Assembly: GCF_004210375.1 (NCBI RefSeq)
Contig: NC_134837.1
Coordinates: 230,377,567 to 230,441,566, forward strand
Length of the DNA stretch: 64,000 bases
Source: Tachypleus tridentatus
Lineage: Eukaryota
Direction of reading: 5' to 3'
The notes under the pieces are model-generated. The model did not search any database. It worked only from the letters and a program-made list of their open reading frames with translations, and was not told the DNA's origin. The position numbers and the translations under genes are program-made. Position 1 is the first letter of the stretch, and each line of letters begins with the position of its first letter. This document shows, in pieces, positions 27,300 through 40,600 of this stretch.

Positions 27300-28700
27300 A
27301 AAGCTAAAATGTTCATTTATCCCATCTGGGTGGACAATTTTGTTTTATTGTAATTCTCTGTTATATTATAGAGGCCCTCTTCAAAGCAAGTATTTTGAAA
27401 TGATCAAAGGCATGGTTGTGATGTTGTGAAAATTCATGTGCTGGGTCACTGGTTTGTCTGCATTGCAATTTATTATATCTCTGAGATGTTCTTTGGTACA
27501 TTCTTCTAATGATCTACTGTTTTTCTCCTGTGTATAATTTTCCACAACACAAACAAATAACAGAATATATGGCACATTTTGATGTGCAGTTTTACTGTTA
27601 TTTAGTGCAAAAACTTGATTTTGGACCCTGCATGGATGTTCATGAGTCAATGTAAGCACACATTACAGCATTTTCTATTATAAGGATATTTACTTACAAT
27701 AAAACTTGTCTGTTGAGGTGGGTGTTTTAAGGCTACACTGAAATATGTAGTTTCTGATATTGGTAAAATGTGACAGTAGGAAATTATGGGAGGTCTTGAA
27801 AAAATATGTTCAGTGGCATCAGGTTCTTTTTAAATGTAAACATTATTCAAAATAATGTTCTCAAGTTGTTTTTTATGTGTGATATATGAGGATAAGAGGT
27901 AGTCTGGTAAAGGAAAGTTCAGAACTTGTTTCCATGAGAGATGGAGAAGAGTTGTGATCTTGATTTCCAACAGAGTTGCAAAATTTTTTACATTGTCACA
28001 AGCATGGAAAAGTTATTCCAATTCTGAGCTGACATTGAAATCCACAAGTTCACTACACAGTTTCTGCAGTCTAATGAACTGAGATTTTGGGATGTTCTTT
28101 TTTTTATATGTATGGTGTGGTAAGAATTCAAGTACAAATAGTTGTGGGTACTTCTAGGTTTATAATGAACACTGGTTGTTGTTTTATCAAAAGATTACAG
28201 TAGAATATCCAAGAATTGTAGTGTTGAATCAGAAATGTTATGCACATAAGAAAGTGAAGGACAGATGTTACTTGTGTAATAAATAAGCGTTTCTAGTTTG
28301 GGCAAAGTAAGATTTCAACAATATCATTGATATATCTCTTGTATAGTAAGGGTAAGGAACCTTTATGCTGTGCAAACATGTGTTCTTTGATATATCCAAC
28401 AAAAAGGTTTGCAAAATTGGAGCACAGTTTAGTTCCCACAGCTACACTGCTAACATGTTCATAGAATTCATTGTTAGAACAGAATCCACTGGATTTTAAA
28501 ACTGGTTCTGCTAAATAGATTAAAGTATCAGTGGAGAGATGAAGTTCAGGACATTTGTCAAAGAAAGTGTCTTAAGGTTATTAAATCCTCCTATTCTGGT
28601 ATTACAGTGTATAATGATTTGATATCCATATTAAATAAAATGACTGAATCTGGTTTGGATTTAAAACTGTGTTGTAGAGTCTGAGGGCATAATAAATGTC
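27300..28700 (-). mobile_element. Penelope-like element (PLE) remnant: reverse transcriptase plus GIY-YIG endonuclease
   Basis: Minus-strand translation gives FNMDIKSLYTVIP (PLE RT motif 1), then AVGTKLCSNFANLFVGYIKEHMF and LYKRYINDIV (RT A/C-like), then the GIY-YIG-like block VPYILLFVCVVENYTQEKNSRSLEECTKEHLRDI. Multiple stops. Confidence 0.6.
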
Positions 28701-31700
28701 CTAAATATAAGTAGAGAGTGAGTAGAGATAGGTTAATGGAGCATTACAGGTAGATATAGTAGGTATACCAGGGTTGTTGGGTTTATGAATTTTAGGCAGT
28801 AAATAGAAAACATCAGTTCTAGAGTCAGAAATTGGTAATATTAAACTTCTAGCTGATGAAGGTAGTTCCTCAGCATCAGTTAATTAGACGACACTAGACT
28901 ACAGCCATTCACCAACAGGAGGGCAACACATCCTTGCAAAGTTATCCAATTAACACTAGTCTCCTTGTTACTACTTGTCTTAAGGCATGTTTTTTTCCCT
29001 TTTGGAATTTGTGGAATTTTTTAGTTTTATTGTGTACACTTTCATTACAATTCACATTTATATTTTCTTTATTATATGAAAGAATGATATAGCATTTTAC
29101 ATTTTTTCTAGTATAACTTCCATTTGCATTATCTTCAATTTAATTTTATTGTAATAAATTTGTGCTTTTGGGGACATATTTCAAATTTTCTCTTCCCATC
29201 ACTTAACTCAGCATTCAGGTTTCATCCAGCACTTTTCATGGTCATCATTAGGCTTATACATCATTGCTATACCAGGTTCATTTTTTTTATCATATGGATG
29301 TTTATCCTGTATTTACCCCTTCCAGTATGGGATTTTCTGTTGCAACCTACTTTTTCCTTTGGAAGTCATCACATTTTGGGTGGTGGGTTGAGCTGACAGT
29401 TTCAGTTTCAACCCATTATCTTATATCTTATTTATCTGGGAGTCTCTCTAATATATAACATCCTTCCTTATTTGTTGAAGACAAGGAGCTTTTGATACCA
29501 AGGCTCTCATTTCCTGCATGAGAATACTTGTCTCTTTTGTAGACTCCTTTGATTTTCTTGTTCCTCTACAGTAGCTTCTAGCCTGTCATTGTAGGTATAC
29601 CCAGAGATTCAGTGTATTCTTTTCTTCTCTTGAGGTCATGATTTGGTTACTTGCTCCCACACCACCCTGGACATCACTCTTCCCTCACCTTAATCAAATC
29701 TAACTTTGTTGGGAGCTTTTTAAGGATTTAAAGTAAATCAGTGGACTCATTCCACTTACCTGTGTGGATTTCCACAGTCATGGTGAGCAATGTACAGGTG
29801 ATAAATTGTGTTGCTTTTCACTCGATGACAACCACTCCTACATAAAGACCTTTCCATTGCTGATTCTGTTCAGTTGATGTACATTTCTGGTGTCTGATCT
29901 ATTTCTAGATTTGGTCTGCAGAGGATAAGTTTCTTTACTTTTACATACATAAAATGGTGTCTACTTTGCTGACTTTCTATTCTCCTTTCTTTTGTCTTTC
30001 TGATCTTCTTATCAGGTTCATTCAGACATCTCTTTTGTTGTTTTTTACATCCTCCTTGGGAATTGGGTCTAAGGTATTTCTTCTCACAACTCATAATTGT
30101 GGTAAGTATTTTATGTAAGTACTGTATTTATTCAATATGGAATGGCCTAATTATGTAGCCTTTAGCTGACCACATGTGATCTAATGGCTGGTTGAGTAAT
30201 CTTACATTCCACTTACCTATGTGACTCGTAAGCACCAAGCAAAAGATTCTTTTGACAGTGTCTTTTGAGAGAAGAGTATTTCATGCTTGAGATGAATGTG
30301 GTCACCCATAGTATTGCCCTGTCTATCTAACATATATGTTATGTGTGTAGCATTTTATAGTTTTTTTCCACTATCTGATGTATTTCACTTCAGATTATTT
30401 ATTATGACAGGAGTTAATTTTCACTTTAACTAAAATAACATTTTAATTTTGCTAGAGTGCTAATACTCCATTGTGTGAGAAAATCATCAATATTTTAAAG
30501 CTAGATGTTAATTAACACTAAACATGAAATAGACAGGTCCAAAGCAGCCTTCCAGACACTTAATTTCTGCACATGCTTTAGTACCTGTAAGTTTCACTCA
30601 CATTGAAAAGCCCTCTGATGGGAGACTGAAGAAGTTTACAGATTTACAATGCTAAAATACAAAGTTCTGTTCATTACAGTATACAAAGCAGCAGATAATC
30701 AAATGTGACTTTGTTCTAAAAACAGACAACAAACACATTCAGAAACTAGTGTATAAATACATTTAGAATCCTGATATGGGATAACCATAGTCCCTATAAC
30801 TGTTTTGACAATAAACTAAAATGTAGTTATTTGATGGTCTGTAAGATAAAAAGTAACAAAAGTAGTTGAATTGGAGATGGCAGCTTATGAGCTAATGGTA
30901 ATATCATAAAAGATCCTGTCAAACGTGTTTAACTCAAACAAGTGGCAATTGTTTTTTTTTCCTCCACCCTATTGTTTGACGCTTTTAAGGCAAGGCAGAA
31001 ATTCAGTGATGAATATGCAAGACATACACACTTGGGATTAATTCAAGGTTAACAATACTGTGGTTGCTTTTGATTGCTATAGACAGTTCATATTTGTAAA
31101 ATCTGATCTGATTCATTGGGTCACGACAAAAAGAACAACTGTTGGTTTGTTACCTTGTTTACTGATTGAATCTGGAGATCAAAATGAATTTCACACACAC
31201 TAGACATAAAATTATGAACAAAATTTAAAAGTAATGTTTAGGCTGTTCAACAATATCATAAAATGTTTGTTTGAATATAAATAATGCACTTAGCTGATGT
31301 GTTTCTCTTTGGTTTTTATCATAACACTGATCTGCTTTAGTTAATCACAGGAACAAAAACATTTAGTTGTAATTGAATTGATGTTAACTCTCATCAAAGC
31401 AAGTGACCCACTTAAACCTAGTGGCATGTTTAGGTAGGGGTTACAAGGGGCTCAGCCTCAGGGCCCATGATCTTAATAAGGGCCCATTGATAATTTTATT
31501 CTATGTAAAATTACATAGGATCTATGACTCACAAAAATGATTACTTCCTAGGCCTACACAATGCTAAAGCTGCCACTGTTTAAACCAAAACAAAACTAAG
31601 CTGTAAAATAATATAGCTAATTTTTCATTAATATGTACTATACACATATTCAATATTAAAAAAATATTTTTACTTTGAAACACATCCTTAAAAGTTTGCT

Positions 31701-31748
31701 TTGATTTCCAAGAAGTCACTGAAGTTTTAACAAATTTTACCTAAATAG

Positions 31749-31931
31749 GGTAATCACAAGATACAACATCTCCAAGCAGTGGTTAAAATGGGTGATTCAT
31801 CTCATGATACATCAAAGAATCAAGTTGTATTATTCCTTGTTATTGAACTTCATGTTTCTTTTGGACATGATAAAGACAGCAAGCAACAATATTGTATATT
31901 CACTCATCAAGGGAACTTGTTGAAGCTTGAG
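31749..31931 (+). CDS. PARP4: PARP4-like exon 4 (…KMGDSSHDTSKNQVVLFLVIELHVSFGHDKDSKQQYCIFTHQGNLLKLE)
   Basis: Donor GAG|GTAATT at 31931/31932. Aligns to the human stretch EKVGMEGGQEAVVVELQCSRDSRDCPFLISSHF. The 5' boundary is ambiguous: acceptor ttttacctaaatag| at 31748, or cacaag| 12 nt downstream. Both are phase 0. Confidence 0.55.
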
Positions 31932-32562
31932 GTAATTCTGCTTATCTATATTTCTTTGTATTTTATTCCCAGTAATTTTATTTTTTGTATTTCAAACAAA
32001 TGTTGTTATGACATGCTAATTTTTATTACTAAAAATTGCTGAATCTTTTTCTGTATTTTTCAATTGAAGAAAGATAGTCTCTGAAATCACTTGTTATTTT
32101 ACAAAACTATAATATATAACAGTGTTTAAAACTAATATCTTTTGCTTATGAGAAAATTTTCATTAATAACCATATTATAAATAGATAAACTTGAATTATA
32201 ATAAATTATGCAATAAAAACTAAATATTTTTGATAAGATAAAAGTAATTTGTTCATTACAGGCAAGTTATTGGGTTCATCACAAATGTACTATTTAAATT
32301 AAGTGCTGTCCATGCAGGTCCAAATTTATTAAATATGCTATATTTTATCATTAATTTCAGTTTAAAATATTAATTTTATATTTTTTTATTGTTTTCATTA
32401 CTTGTGATGAATCTGGGGATAGCAACTCTGCATCTTGTTAGAAACTTAAAATTCTTATCGAGCAGTTGCTTTATAAGAACAGGTTTAGTTATATTAAAAT
32501 TGAAATTACAAATAGATTATTGGTAAATGTTTTATTTATGCTGAATCTTTTTTTTGTTGTAG

Positions 32563-32715
32563 TCAAGTGTTAGAGAGTGTCGGTATGTGGAATCACCAGA
32601 AATGGCACTGTCAGTATACACTCAGCTTTACAATAAAGCTACAAGCTCACCCTTTTTCATGAAGAGTTGTACTCACGTATTGCATACTGATTTAGGTTCT
32701 CCTGCCTTTCAAAAG
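32563..32715 (+). CDS. PARP4: PARP4-like exon 5 (SSVRECRYVESPEMALSVYTQLYNKATSSPFFMKSCTHVLHTDLGSPAFQK)
   Basis: Acceptor tcttttttttgttgtag| and donor AAG|GTTTGT. The 153-nt length keeps phase 0 to 0. Weak similarity to the human stretch KKTSEDASEYFENYIEELKKQGFLLREHFTPEATQLASEQLQ. The spacing between conserved blocks matches human. Confidence 0.5.
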
Positions 32716-33544
32716 GTTTGTTGTTGTTTTTTAAAAAATGCAATGAAATTAGTGTTTGTTTGTTTCTACACACAAAATAAAAGATCTTTGTTTTGCAGAA
32801 CAGAAAGGAGGTCCCAACTCCTCAAGAGACCTCATATTGTAAATTATTGAAGAAAAGGTTTTTATAATTAAAGAAAGGTACTACAATGGTTAAGTCAAGT
32901 TTGAATAAATCCTTGTATAAAATTAATGATAGATACCATATGTATGTATCACATGTTATATCTTCACCACATAATTTCATAAAAAGGCAGCTGTTAGTAT
33001 GTGAGCAGATCTGTATGTTAATCAATGCATGTTTTGTGTGCCAATTACCTGTAAATTATTTACAGAAAAAAGTTATATGTTTATTGACATTTCAGTAACA
33101 TACTGTATGTCACATAATGTAGATGATAATATTCTCTTCCTGTTCATCATATTTTGTTATCTTGGCCTTTATGACTAAATGGGTAGGAAATATGCTACTA
33201 TGTGTTGTCTCTGTATTACATTTATCAGTTAGAAATATTCTTTAGCTTTGATACATTCAAATCATAAATGCTTTCTTGAATTCACAGAACCTTAAGTTTA
33301 TTAAATGTATTACATGGGCCACTTTTGTGATCAGAGTTCCAGTCCTGATCAACTATGTCAGTTGCTTGCTATTTGTGTAGTATTGGAATGGGTAAGAATG
33401 CATTATTGTGATGATGGAAACCTACATATGCAACATGAACACAGAGTCTCAATGTTTTGGCTTTTGAATGATATTAAGTCACTTGTTGTGATATTTAACA
33501 ATGTATCATATTAAGTATTTGATGTCATATGCTGTGAAATGTGT

Positions 33545-33665
33545 TTGATTTTTAGTAGATAATTATGCTTATCTGTGAATACAGTTTGATTTTTAGTAGA
33601 TAATTATGCTTATCTGTGAGTGTAGTTTGATCTGTAGTAGTTTGATCTGTAGTAGATAATTATGC
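33545..33665. repeat. Tandem repeat, ~45-bp unit x about 3 (GTTTGATTTTTAGTAGATAATTATGCTTATCTGTGART…)
   Basis: Direct head-to-tail copies are visible in the sequence. Confidence 0.7.
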
Positions 33666-35579
33666 ATGTGACTTTAAAATATTTTTTAAACTGATGTCTT
33701 TGGATTAGGTGTCATTGTACAAACCTAATGATCTTGGTTATAATGATGTTGAAAGTGTTTGTCTCCTGGCAACTTTTTTGTAAATCCAAGTCAAGTCACA
33801 AATCATTAAAGTCAAGTTGCAAGTAGAGTCATGTCATTTCTTGCAAGTCTTAAGTCATAATGATAATGTGTTTGTGAATTATCCAAATGTTCGATAATGG
33901 AGGAAGTGCACTGTTTCTTTTGTCAATTAGATATGGTAGCAAAACTAATGTACCCTCAATTTTTTCTGTGCAGGCTTAGTCATAATTTTTTTGGAGGTGA
34001 TCCTTTCCAATGTACATAAATAAAATAAACTGGATATCATTTGAATCTGTTATATTGCCAAGACAAACTAATGTTATGCTATTTGTGCCTCATATTCAAC
34101 AATCCATGTCTCTGAAAACCTGAGTCACACAGGTTGGTAAAGAGAGTATGAACTATCTTTTATATTGAACCAACTACACTGTAAGGTCTCCAAGCAGTGT
34201 ACTTGTGCTTAATATCTGCATTGAAGTGTGTGACATCATTAACCAAGAGAAGGCAATTAGAGTATATAACTTATTTGTACAAACTGTTATACTTTACCTC
34301 AGCTGAGACAGCATTTTGTCACTCAGCTTAGCTCTGTGAGGGAGCATAATGATACCTCCATAGCTGAACACTTGTTAACTGGCAGAACTAAAAGCAAGAA
34401 CAGACAGCACTCTCATAGTCACAGGAAGCAGACTGGAGAGGTTGTTCTTACTGACCTATCAGAAGTGAAGAGATGCACTGGGGCTTCCTTCATGAAGTTC
34501 CTGACACATCTCAAAGTATCTGCTGAGTTGAGAAGATACACATCTCAGAAGTTAAACCCTGTGTCTACTCCTTTCTTATCCTACAAAAAACCAAGGGATC
34601 TCTTGGAGTGGAATTTCTTCCTCCTTGCTTCTAGTATTGTTTTCTACCAGTACTGTGCTGGCCTGAGACAAGATCAAATTTGTATAATGAATATATAGAA
34701 GAAAATCTAAAGTAAAAAATGTTTTAAATTGTCATGCATGTATTATTTCTAACCTGATTTGATCTATTGATAAGTAACTTCAATGAATTTGAATCAACAC
34801 TGAACTGGTTATAAACAGTAGGCTAACATTTAATGGACTATACAAAGAAAACATACATTTAGTTCTGATAGAGCATAAAGTTTAGATGTATTGATTAATC
34901 ATTTTGATAATTCTCATGTTTAGCTTCATAGGATCAGCTCAGGTCACATTTATAGTGTGTACAAAACAACTAATATTATTTGTCATTCAATTTACATTAT
35001 ATATTTTTAAAATGCTGTTTAAGGTATTGAGCATGCACCTCCTCTTTTAAAGGGATTTTAGGCATCTTATCTTCTGCATTTGTTATTAATTGAAAACCAA
35101 TTGCTCCTAAACTTAGTCCACGCTTCATATTTCACTTTCATTGTTCAAATAGCTTTTGCTGTATTAATGATATTTACTTTTTGCAAGCTTCTTGACCTTG
35201 TTCTTCACCTCTTCTAATGCCAAGACATCACTTTCGACCCATTTCACTTAGAATGTTGGATCAAGTACTGTTGACAAGAGATAAATGAAATCAGCAAATG
35301 ATAGATTATCAGTTTCCTGTGTTGATTCTGTCATTTGTGCAGTGATAAAGATATCTTAGAATCTTTTCCACAGTACTTCTGTGAGAGCTCTGATTAAACC
35401 ATTCAAGTACTGAATATTGACTAGCATGTCATGCAGATGTTTTAATGACAACACATGGGGCAGGACTGAACTTATAGTGACAGCCTGCTATCTTTGCATC
35501 AAGTACCATACTTTAAGGAAGTGTTCAAAGATAGTAACTAGTTCTTGAACTGATTCTATTCTCTGCTGCTGAAAACTAC

Positions 35580-35840
35580 CTTTTTATTATGGTAGTTCGT
35601 TCAAGAAATTGCATAATGCCTGATCTTCTAGACGTGCTATGGCTTTAACCTTTCTTAGGGTTGAGTTCCATCTGATAAAGTTAAGGGAAGAAATCCTTTT
35701 GTTAGGCCTAAACACCTTTTTAAAGGCTTCTTTGAAGGTGCAACTGGAATGCAATAAGGTGCATAATTTTGAAGCTGTACCCATGGTGAAGTTGATTACT
35801 TTTGTTTTGTTTAGAGTATTTGACACTGCAAGTTGCAAGG
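35580..35840 (-). mobile_element. Possible hAT-superfamily transposase fragment
   Basis: The minus-strand ORF contains …LNFIRWNSTLRKV…, which resembles the hAT hallmark RWNST motif. The surrounding 35.1-36.7 kb holds fragmented minus-strand ORFs. This is a weak call. Confidence 0.3.
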
Positions 35841-37449
35841 TGTGTATAAAAAGTGCAGGAACTGCTTCTGACAGATCCTGGTCAGTGCCATATTCCTATT
35901 TTTCTGGTGTTCTTTCTGGAATGCATTCCATAAACCATTATCATCAAAATCATCAGCACTATCTGGTCTGGCATCATGATCAGTGACTTTAGGGATTCAC
36001 ACAGAGTATGCTTTCTTCATGTTTGATGGATTGTCACATATAACAAACAACCACCATGACAGGTATTTAGTTTTTGAGGAAAGGCTTTTTCACTTTCCCA
36101 AACTGGGGTGTTCAGGGTTAGGATTATACCCTTTACCCTGCACACAGATGTGTTATAGCAATTTCAAGGAATTTAATGCTTAAAATGTCTACAGTTTTTA
36201 GTGTTTGTTAATTGGGGGATCCGGTGAATGTTTGTCATAAGAATCGTCAATTGTCTGGATGGAGTTGGCAAAGTGAGGGTTGTGGATGGGATAGTTGGAA
36301 GAATAAAAGAAGCAAGTCAGCAGTGTACAGACGAACTATCAATCCAAAGGGCCCTTTAATGGGACCACCTGGTGATTAGGATCTATAAGTCGAATGCTGT
36401 GGCTAGGATGCAAAAGCGAAAGGAGCCAGCAAATTAGATGTGGAGGGAAATGGGAGAACCCCAAGAAACCCATTTTCATCAGTATCAAAAAGCAGTGGGC
36501 ACCATCTGCCTTTGTGCTCATTAGATGCTCTCTTTCAAAGGGCTTCTTCAACAAGGTTGATTCCCTGTGAGGAGAATTTGACCACCGTGTAGGGTCACAT
36601 ATAATGTAGTCCAGTTTGTTTTTTATTACATGCTTGTCACAGATGGATTTAAATGCCTCACTTATTTTTCTCACCTATGTGGGAACTTGTGAATCTGCTA
36701 CAGCTTCACAGATATGACCTCAGATTTATGGTAGGCTTCTTAATTTCAATTGCATGGATCGTTACACCAAGGAAACCTCTTGTTTGTCTGACTGACTGAC
36801 TACAATGGAAGAAACCTAGGATGTTTCTTGTAAGTAGAGGTTTGACTGAGGTCTTGTTGCTTTGTAACCATTGGCATTTATGTTGGATGATACAGTTTCT
36901 CTACTAACTGGCTCATACTTGCTAGCTAAAATATCTAGGAATGACAAAAACTATAATGTTCAATTATTGATAGTGACATCCTACAGTTAGTAATAAGATC
37001 TGATATAATTGCCTCAGTAATGGCTTGCTGGAGGGGATATGATGCTTCATACATGGTGACTGGGCTCGTCACAAAGAGCGTAATGGATCTCTGGCTTTGA
37101 TTTGTAATTCCAACTCTTGTTTCTGAATCACAGTACTCTGTATCTGTGCAAGGATTTAAATAAAAATAAAACATTTTATTCAATAAAAAAAACAACAGGT
37201 AACATGAAATAAGGACAAGTTTGTGAAAGCTCTAACATATTTTGAAATAAGTCATAAAAATAAATCTTGTTGGATGACTGTGCCTTGGGCCATATAAATG
37301 TAACTAAAATAATTAATAAACTTTTCAAATGTGAATAATTTTGAGTTTTTTCACCACTGTGACTTTTAACTAACATTTGAATTTTGATATCTGATTTATA
37401 TGCATTTTGACAGCAAAAATCTTGTTTAATTCCCATAACTCTCACAACA

Positions 37450-39130
37450 TGGGCTCAGTAAATTTGATCTACCATGTGACCTCTTTGTAGTTGTTTAAAC
37501 TCTTTTTAGATTTAGTACTTCTAACTTTTAATATAATGTATATCTCCACAAGAGTGGCCCAGCATGGTCAGGAGGTTAAGGCACTCGACTCATAATCTGA
37601 GGGTTGCAGGTTCGAATCCCCATCACATCAAGCATGCTTGCCTTTTCAGCTGTGGGGCATTATAATGTGACAGTCAATCCAACTATTCATTGGTAAAAGA
37701 GTAGCTCAAGAGTTGGCAGTGGGTGGTGATGACTAGCTGCCTTTCCTCTAGTCTTGCACTGCTAAATTTGAGATGGCTAGTGCAGATAGCCCTCATGTTG
37801 TTTTGCACAAATTTCAAAACATATCAAATCTCCACAAGATTTGGTAGTCATTTTGTTAACATTGTAAGTCTTTCACATAACAAAAATCATATGTTTTAGT
37901 GAAGTATTTTTAATAAACTAAAATAAAGATTTGTCCATTAATATATTGAGCATTTGTTTTGCATAGTCTATGTGAAAAGGATTTTCATGTTCAGATTAAA
38001 AATACTTGTTTCATCTAAAAATTTCAAATTTCCTTTGTGTAACCCCCAAAACTTCCTGAACACATTCCAAACATTATGCTTTTAGTAAAAAATTATATTT
38101 CGTCTGTTATTTTCTCTGCTCTAACTCAAAGCAGGATTGGTCAGTTGGACTGACCACCAAACAAAAATCAAAATCTAAATTGCCCCTTTTACTTTCTAGA
38201 ATGACTTCAAATTGTTACATGAGACTAGATTTGTTTATTCTCAATAGCTTTAAGTTTGTAACAGTTTTCATCTATTTACAATTAAATTTTATTGTTTTAT
38301 TGCTGTTTGAACCATGTCTAACTACTGTCTCACTCGTGATATGTGCAGCTCATGTTATGCTATCAAATACTTGACTAATGTTGCTTTACCTTATATAATA
38401 TTAAATAACCTAAAAAGATTCTCATTTGTGCACTTTAGTTACTTTTATGATAATAAATAAAGAATAAACACGAAAAATGAGAAACAAGGCACATTTTTCT
38501 TAATGCCAATTGTCAAGGACATTTTACTTTACTTTTTATATTAATGGTAGTAATACACTAAATAATTTTTATTTAATTAAATAATGCAATAAAGAAGAAA
38601 GACTAATAACATGCAAAAAATCAATAGTTTTCCCTACCTCTTACAATTTTTTTTACTTTCTAACTCTTTGACAACATCCATTAAAATTAATTCAAGCTAG
38701 TTATTTAGTTTTTCATTTGAATGTTGCATGTATTCTAACTGCAGTTTACTATTAATTGTTCAAAACAGAATGTTATAGGTGAAAACTCTGACATTCTATT
38801 GGTTACATACAATATGTAAGAGAGAACTGTGAACATGTTTAGAAAGAGAGGATGTGAAAGGTAGATTTGGCAGGAACGATTTGTTTTTCTGTTGATACCT
38901 CTGTAACCAAACAAAATTTAAGGCTATAAAAATTAAGATTTGTCTAAGCAATAACAATTCTATTGTGAGTAATTTATGTTTAATTTCTTACTTTATCAAG
39001 GGGTGATAGCAAAAATAGAGAAAACAAGATTCCTAGAGAAAATATGTTGTGTGTCATATTAGGGGAAATTCAGGATATTTCAAAAAAAATTTTTTTTAAA
39101 TTAGAAAATTAAAAATTATATTATTAAGAA
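37450..39130. repeat. Intron-5 segmental duplication, copy 1 of about 1.7 kb (paralogous to 43200-44400, with a partial third copy at 40040-40600)
   Basis: Collinear blocks of about 70-80% identity. Examples: 38165-38400 vs 43450-43680 (…TTAAGTTTGTAACA…TTATTGTTTTATTGC…), 38410-38640 vs 43760-43990, and 38960-39090 vs 44270-44370. Confidence 0.65.
37553..37822 (+). mobile_element. tRNA-derived SINE, copy 1, with target-site duplication
   Basis: The tRNA-like head GGCCCAGCATGGTCAGGAGGTTAAGGCAC…GGTTCGAATCCCC has a canonical B box and an A-box-like TGGTCAGGAGG. The 3' tail …GGCTAGTGCAGATAGCCCTCAT… is shared with the copy at 56049-56306. Flanked by an 11-bp direct repeat ATCTCCACAAG at 37542-37552 and 37823-37833. 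The paralogous duplicate segment at ~40100-40140 is an empty site. Confidence 0.8.
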
Positions 39131-40039
39131 ATTGCTTGTTAGTTAAAATATTATGCTATACTTTTAAAAGGATACCTGGGTTGAAAAGATTAAGTTTTAC
39201 AGTGTTTTTAATAATTTCATTAAAATTGAGCATGTATTTATGGACAGTTGATATGGTTATGAATTATCATATATATATATTATGGATCATATTTACGTTT
39301 AAACAACAAGGAATTATTAATTTATTAATTATGAACACTTAAAAACAAAGCTTCCAGTTTTTGTTGTAGTAACTTGTAATAACAGGATAAGACAATGTCA
39401 TTTCAAGTATATTTATCAACTTACAATAATTATTTCCTGCAAATGAAAGAAATATATAAATATAAAAGTTAGGTTATTATTATGCTTTTTATAAAAATAC
39501 AAAATATCACAATTCAACACTGTAATTTTCATTTTATTAACTTGAAAACTAATTTGATCATATTCTTTCCAAATCTGACATGTTATTGGAGTTGTAGGTT
39601 TTTGACGTAGGGGAGATAAAATTCAGACCCTTCAATGTGTACCTTAAGTTAAAGTATATGCTGGTATTGCAATGAAAATAGAAAGACATTATATAATACC
39701 TTGTTTCTCAACCTGGGTGAAATGCATTTAGATTGTAACAGACTAGACTGGGGCTAAATTGTCATTTTCTATAGATGATGTGATATGAATAATGGGAAAA
39801 GTTACTCAACTCTTAACATGGATTTCCAAGTGCAGCTCAAAATCTGAAGTAATATTTATTTGGCCCATAAGAGACCTTACTTTTACAGGTATTGTAGTAA
39901 GCAGATATTTTCAGTATAGAACATTTGTAGTATCAAATGATATATCTTTTAGGACCATACCATCACTTGTAGCCACCATTTTGCTAGCTTGCTGAATTTC
40001 ACAATATATGAACAATGAACACATACACTATATCTCTCT

Positions 40040-40600
40040 CAACGTGTGCTTGATCAATTTGACTGACCGCATCACTTCTTTATACTTGTTTAAAGTCTAT
40101 ATAGTTTTGATACTACTAACTTTTAATATAGTATGTATATCTTCATAAATTTTGGCAGACTTTGAGAAAACATTATAAGTCTTTCACATGCAAAAAAAAT
40201 TATATTTTTTAGTAAATTAAAAAAATATATATATGTGTAAATATATATGAAGTATATTTCATGACTAGTCTGCACACAAAGTGATTTTCATGTTAAGATT
40301 AAAAACACGTTTTAAGAGTTGATTTCTCTTTAACAAATTACCACTAACTGTTGTTGAAAACTTTTCACACAACCATCAGGACAAAAGTCTAAAAACTCAA
40401 CTCACAAACAAAATTGACACTAACACACCAAACAACAACCTGGCATTGCAATGCAGATTACCATTTATCTGTGACATTAGCTCAAAAAAAATCAACATTT
40501 GGAGCAAACTTGCCATTAAACATAAAATTCCTGTTGACTTCAAATTCACCTTAAAATCTGGACCTAAAATAAAATCTTTATTAAATAAAAAATACATAAT
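40040..40600. repeat. Partial third copy of the intron-5 duplicated segment
   Basis: 40040-40160 matches 37450-37555 plus 37823-37900 and skips the SINE. 40250-40330 matches 37940-38020. Confidence 0.5.

Noticed and set aside
34336-34698. 120-aa + strand ORF in intron 5 (MREHNDTSIAEHLLTGRTKSKNRQHSHSHRKQ…)
   Set aside because: No flanking splice signals are phase-compatible with exons 5 and 6. There is no similarity to PARP4 or any family I recognise. Conserved spacing between the exon 5 and exon 6 blocks argues that no exon is missing here.
37553-37630. tRNA-like sequence (GGCCCAGCATGGTCAGGAGGTTAAGGCAC…GGTTCGAATCCCC) that could be called a tRNA gene
   Set aside because: The anticodon arm does not fold convincingly. 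It is continuous with about 190 bp of tRNA-unrelated sequence whose 3' tail recurs in a second copy (56049-56306). The whole unit is flanked by a target-site duplication. It is the head of a SINE, not a standalone tRNA gene.
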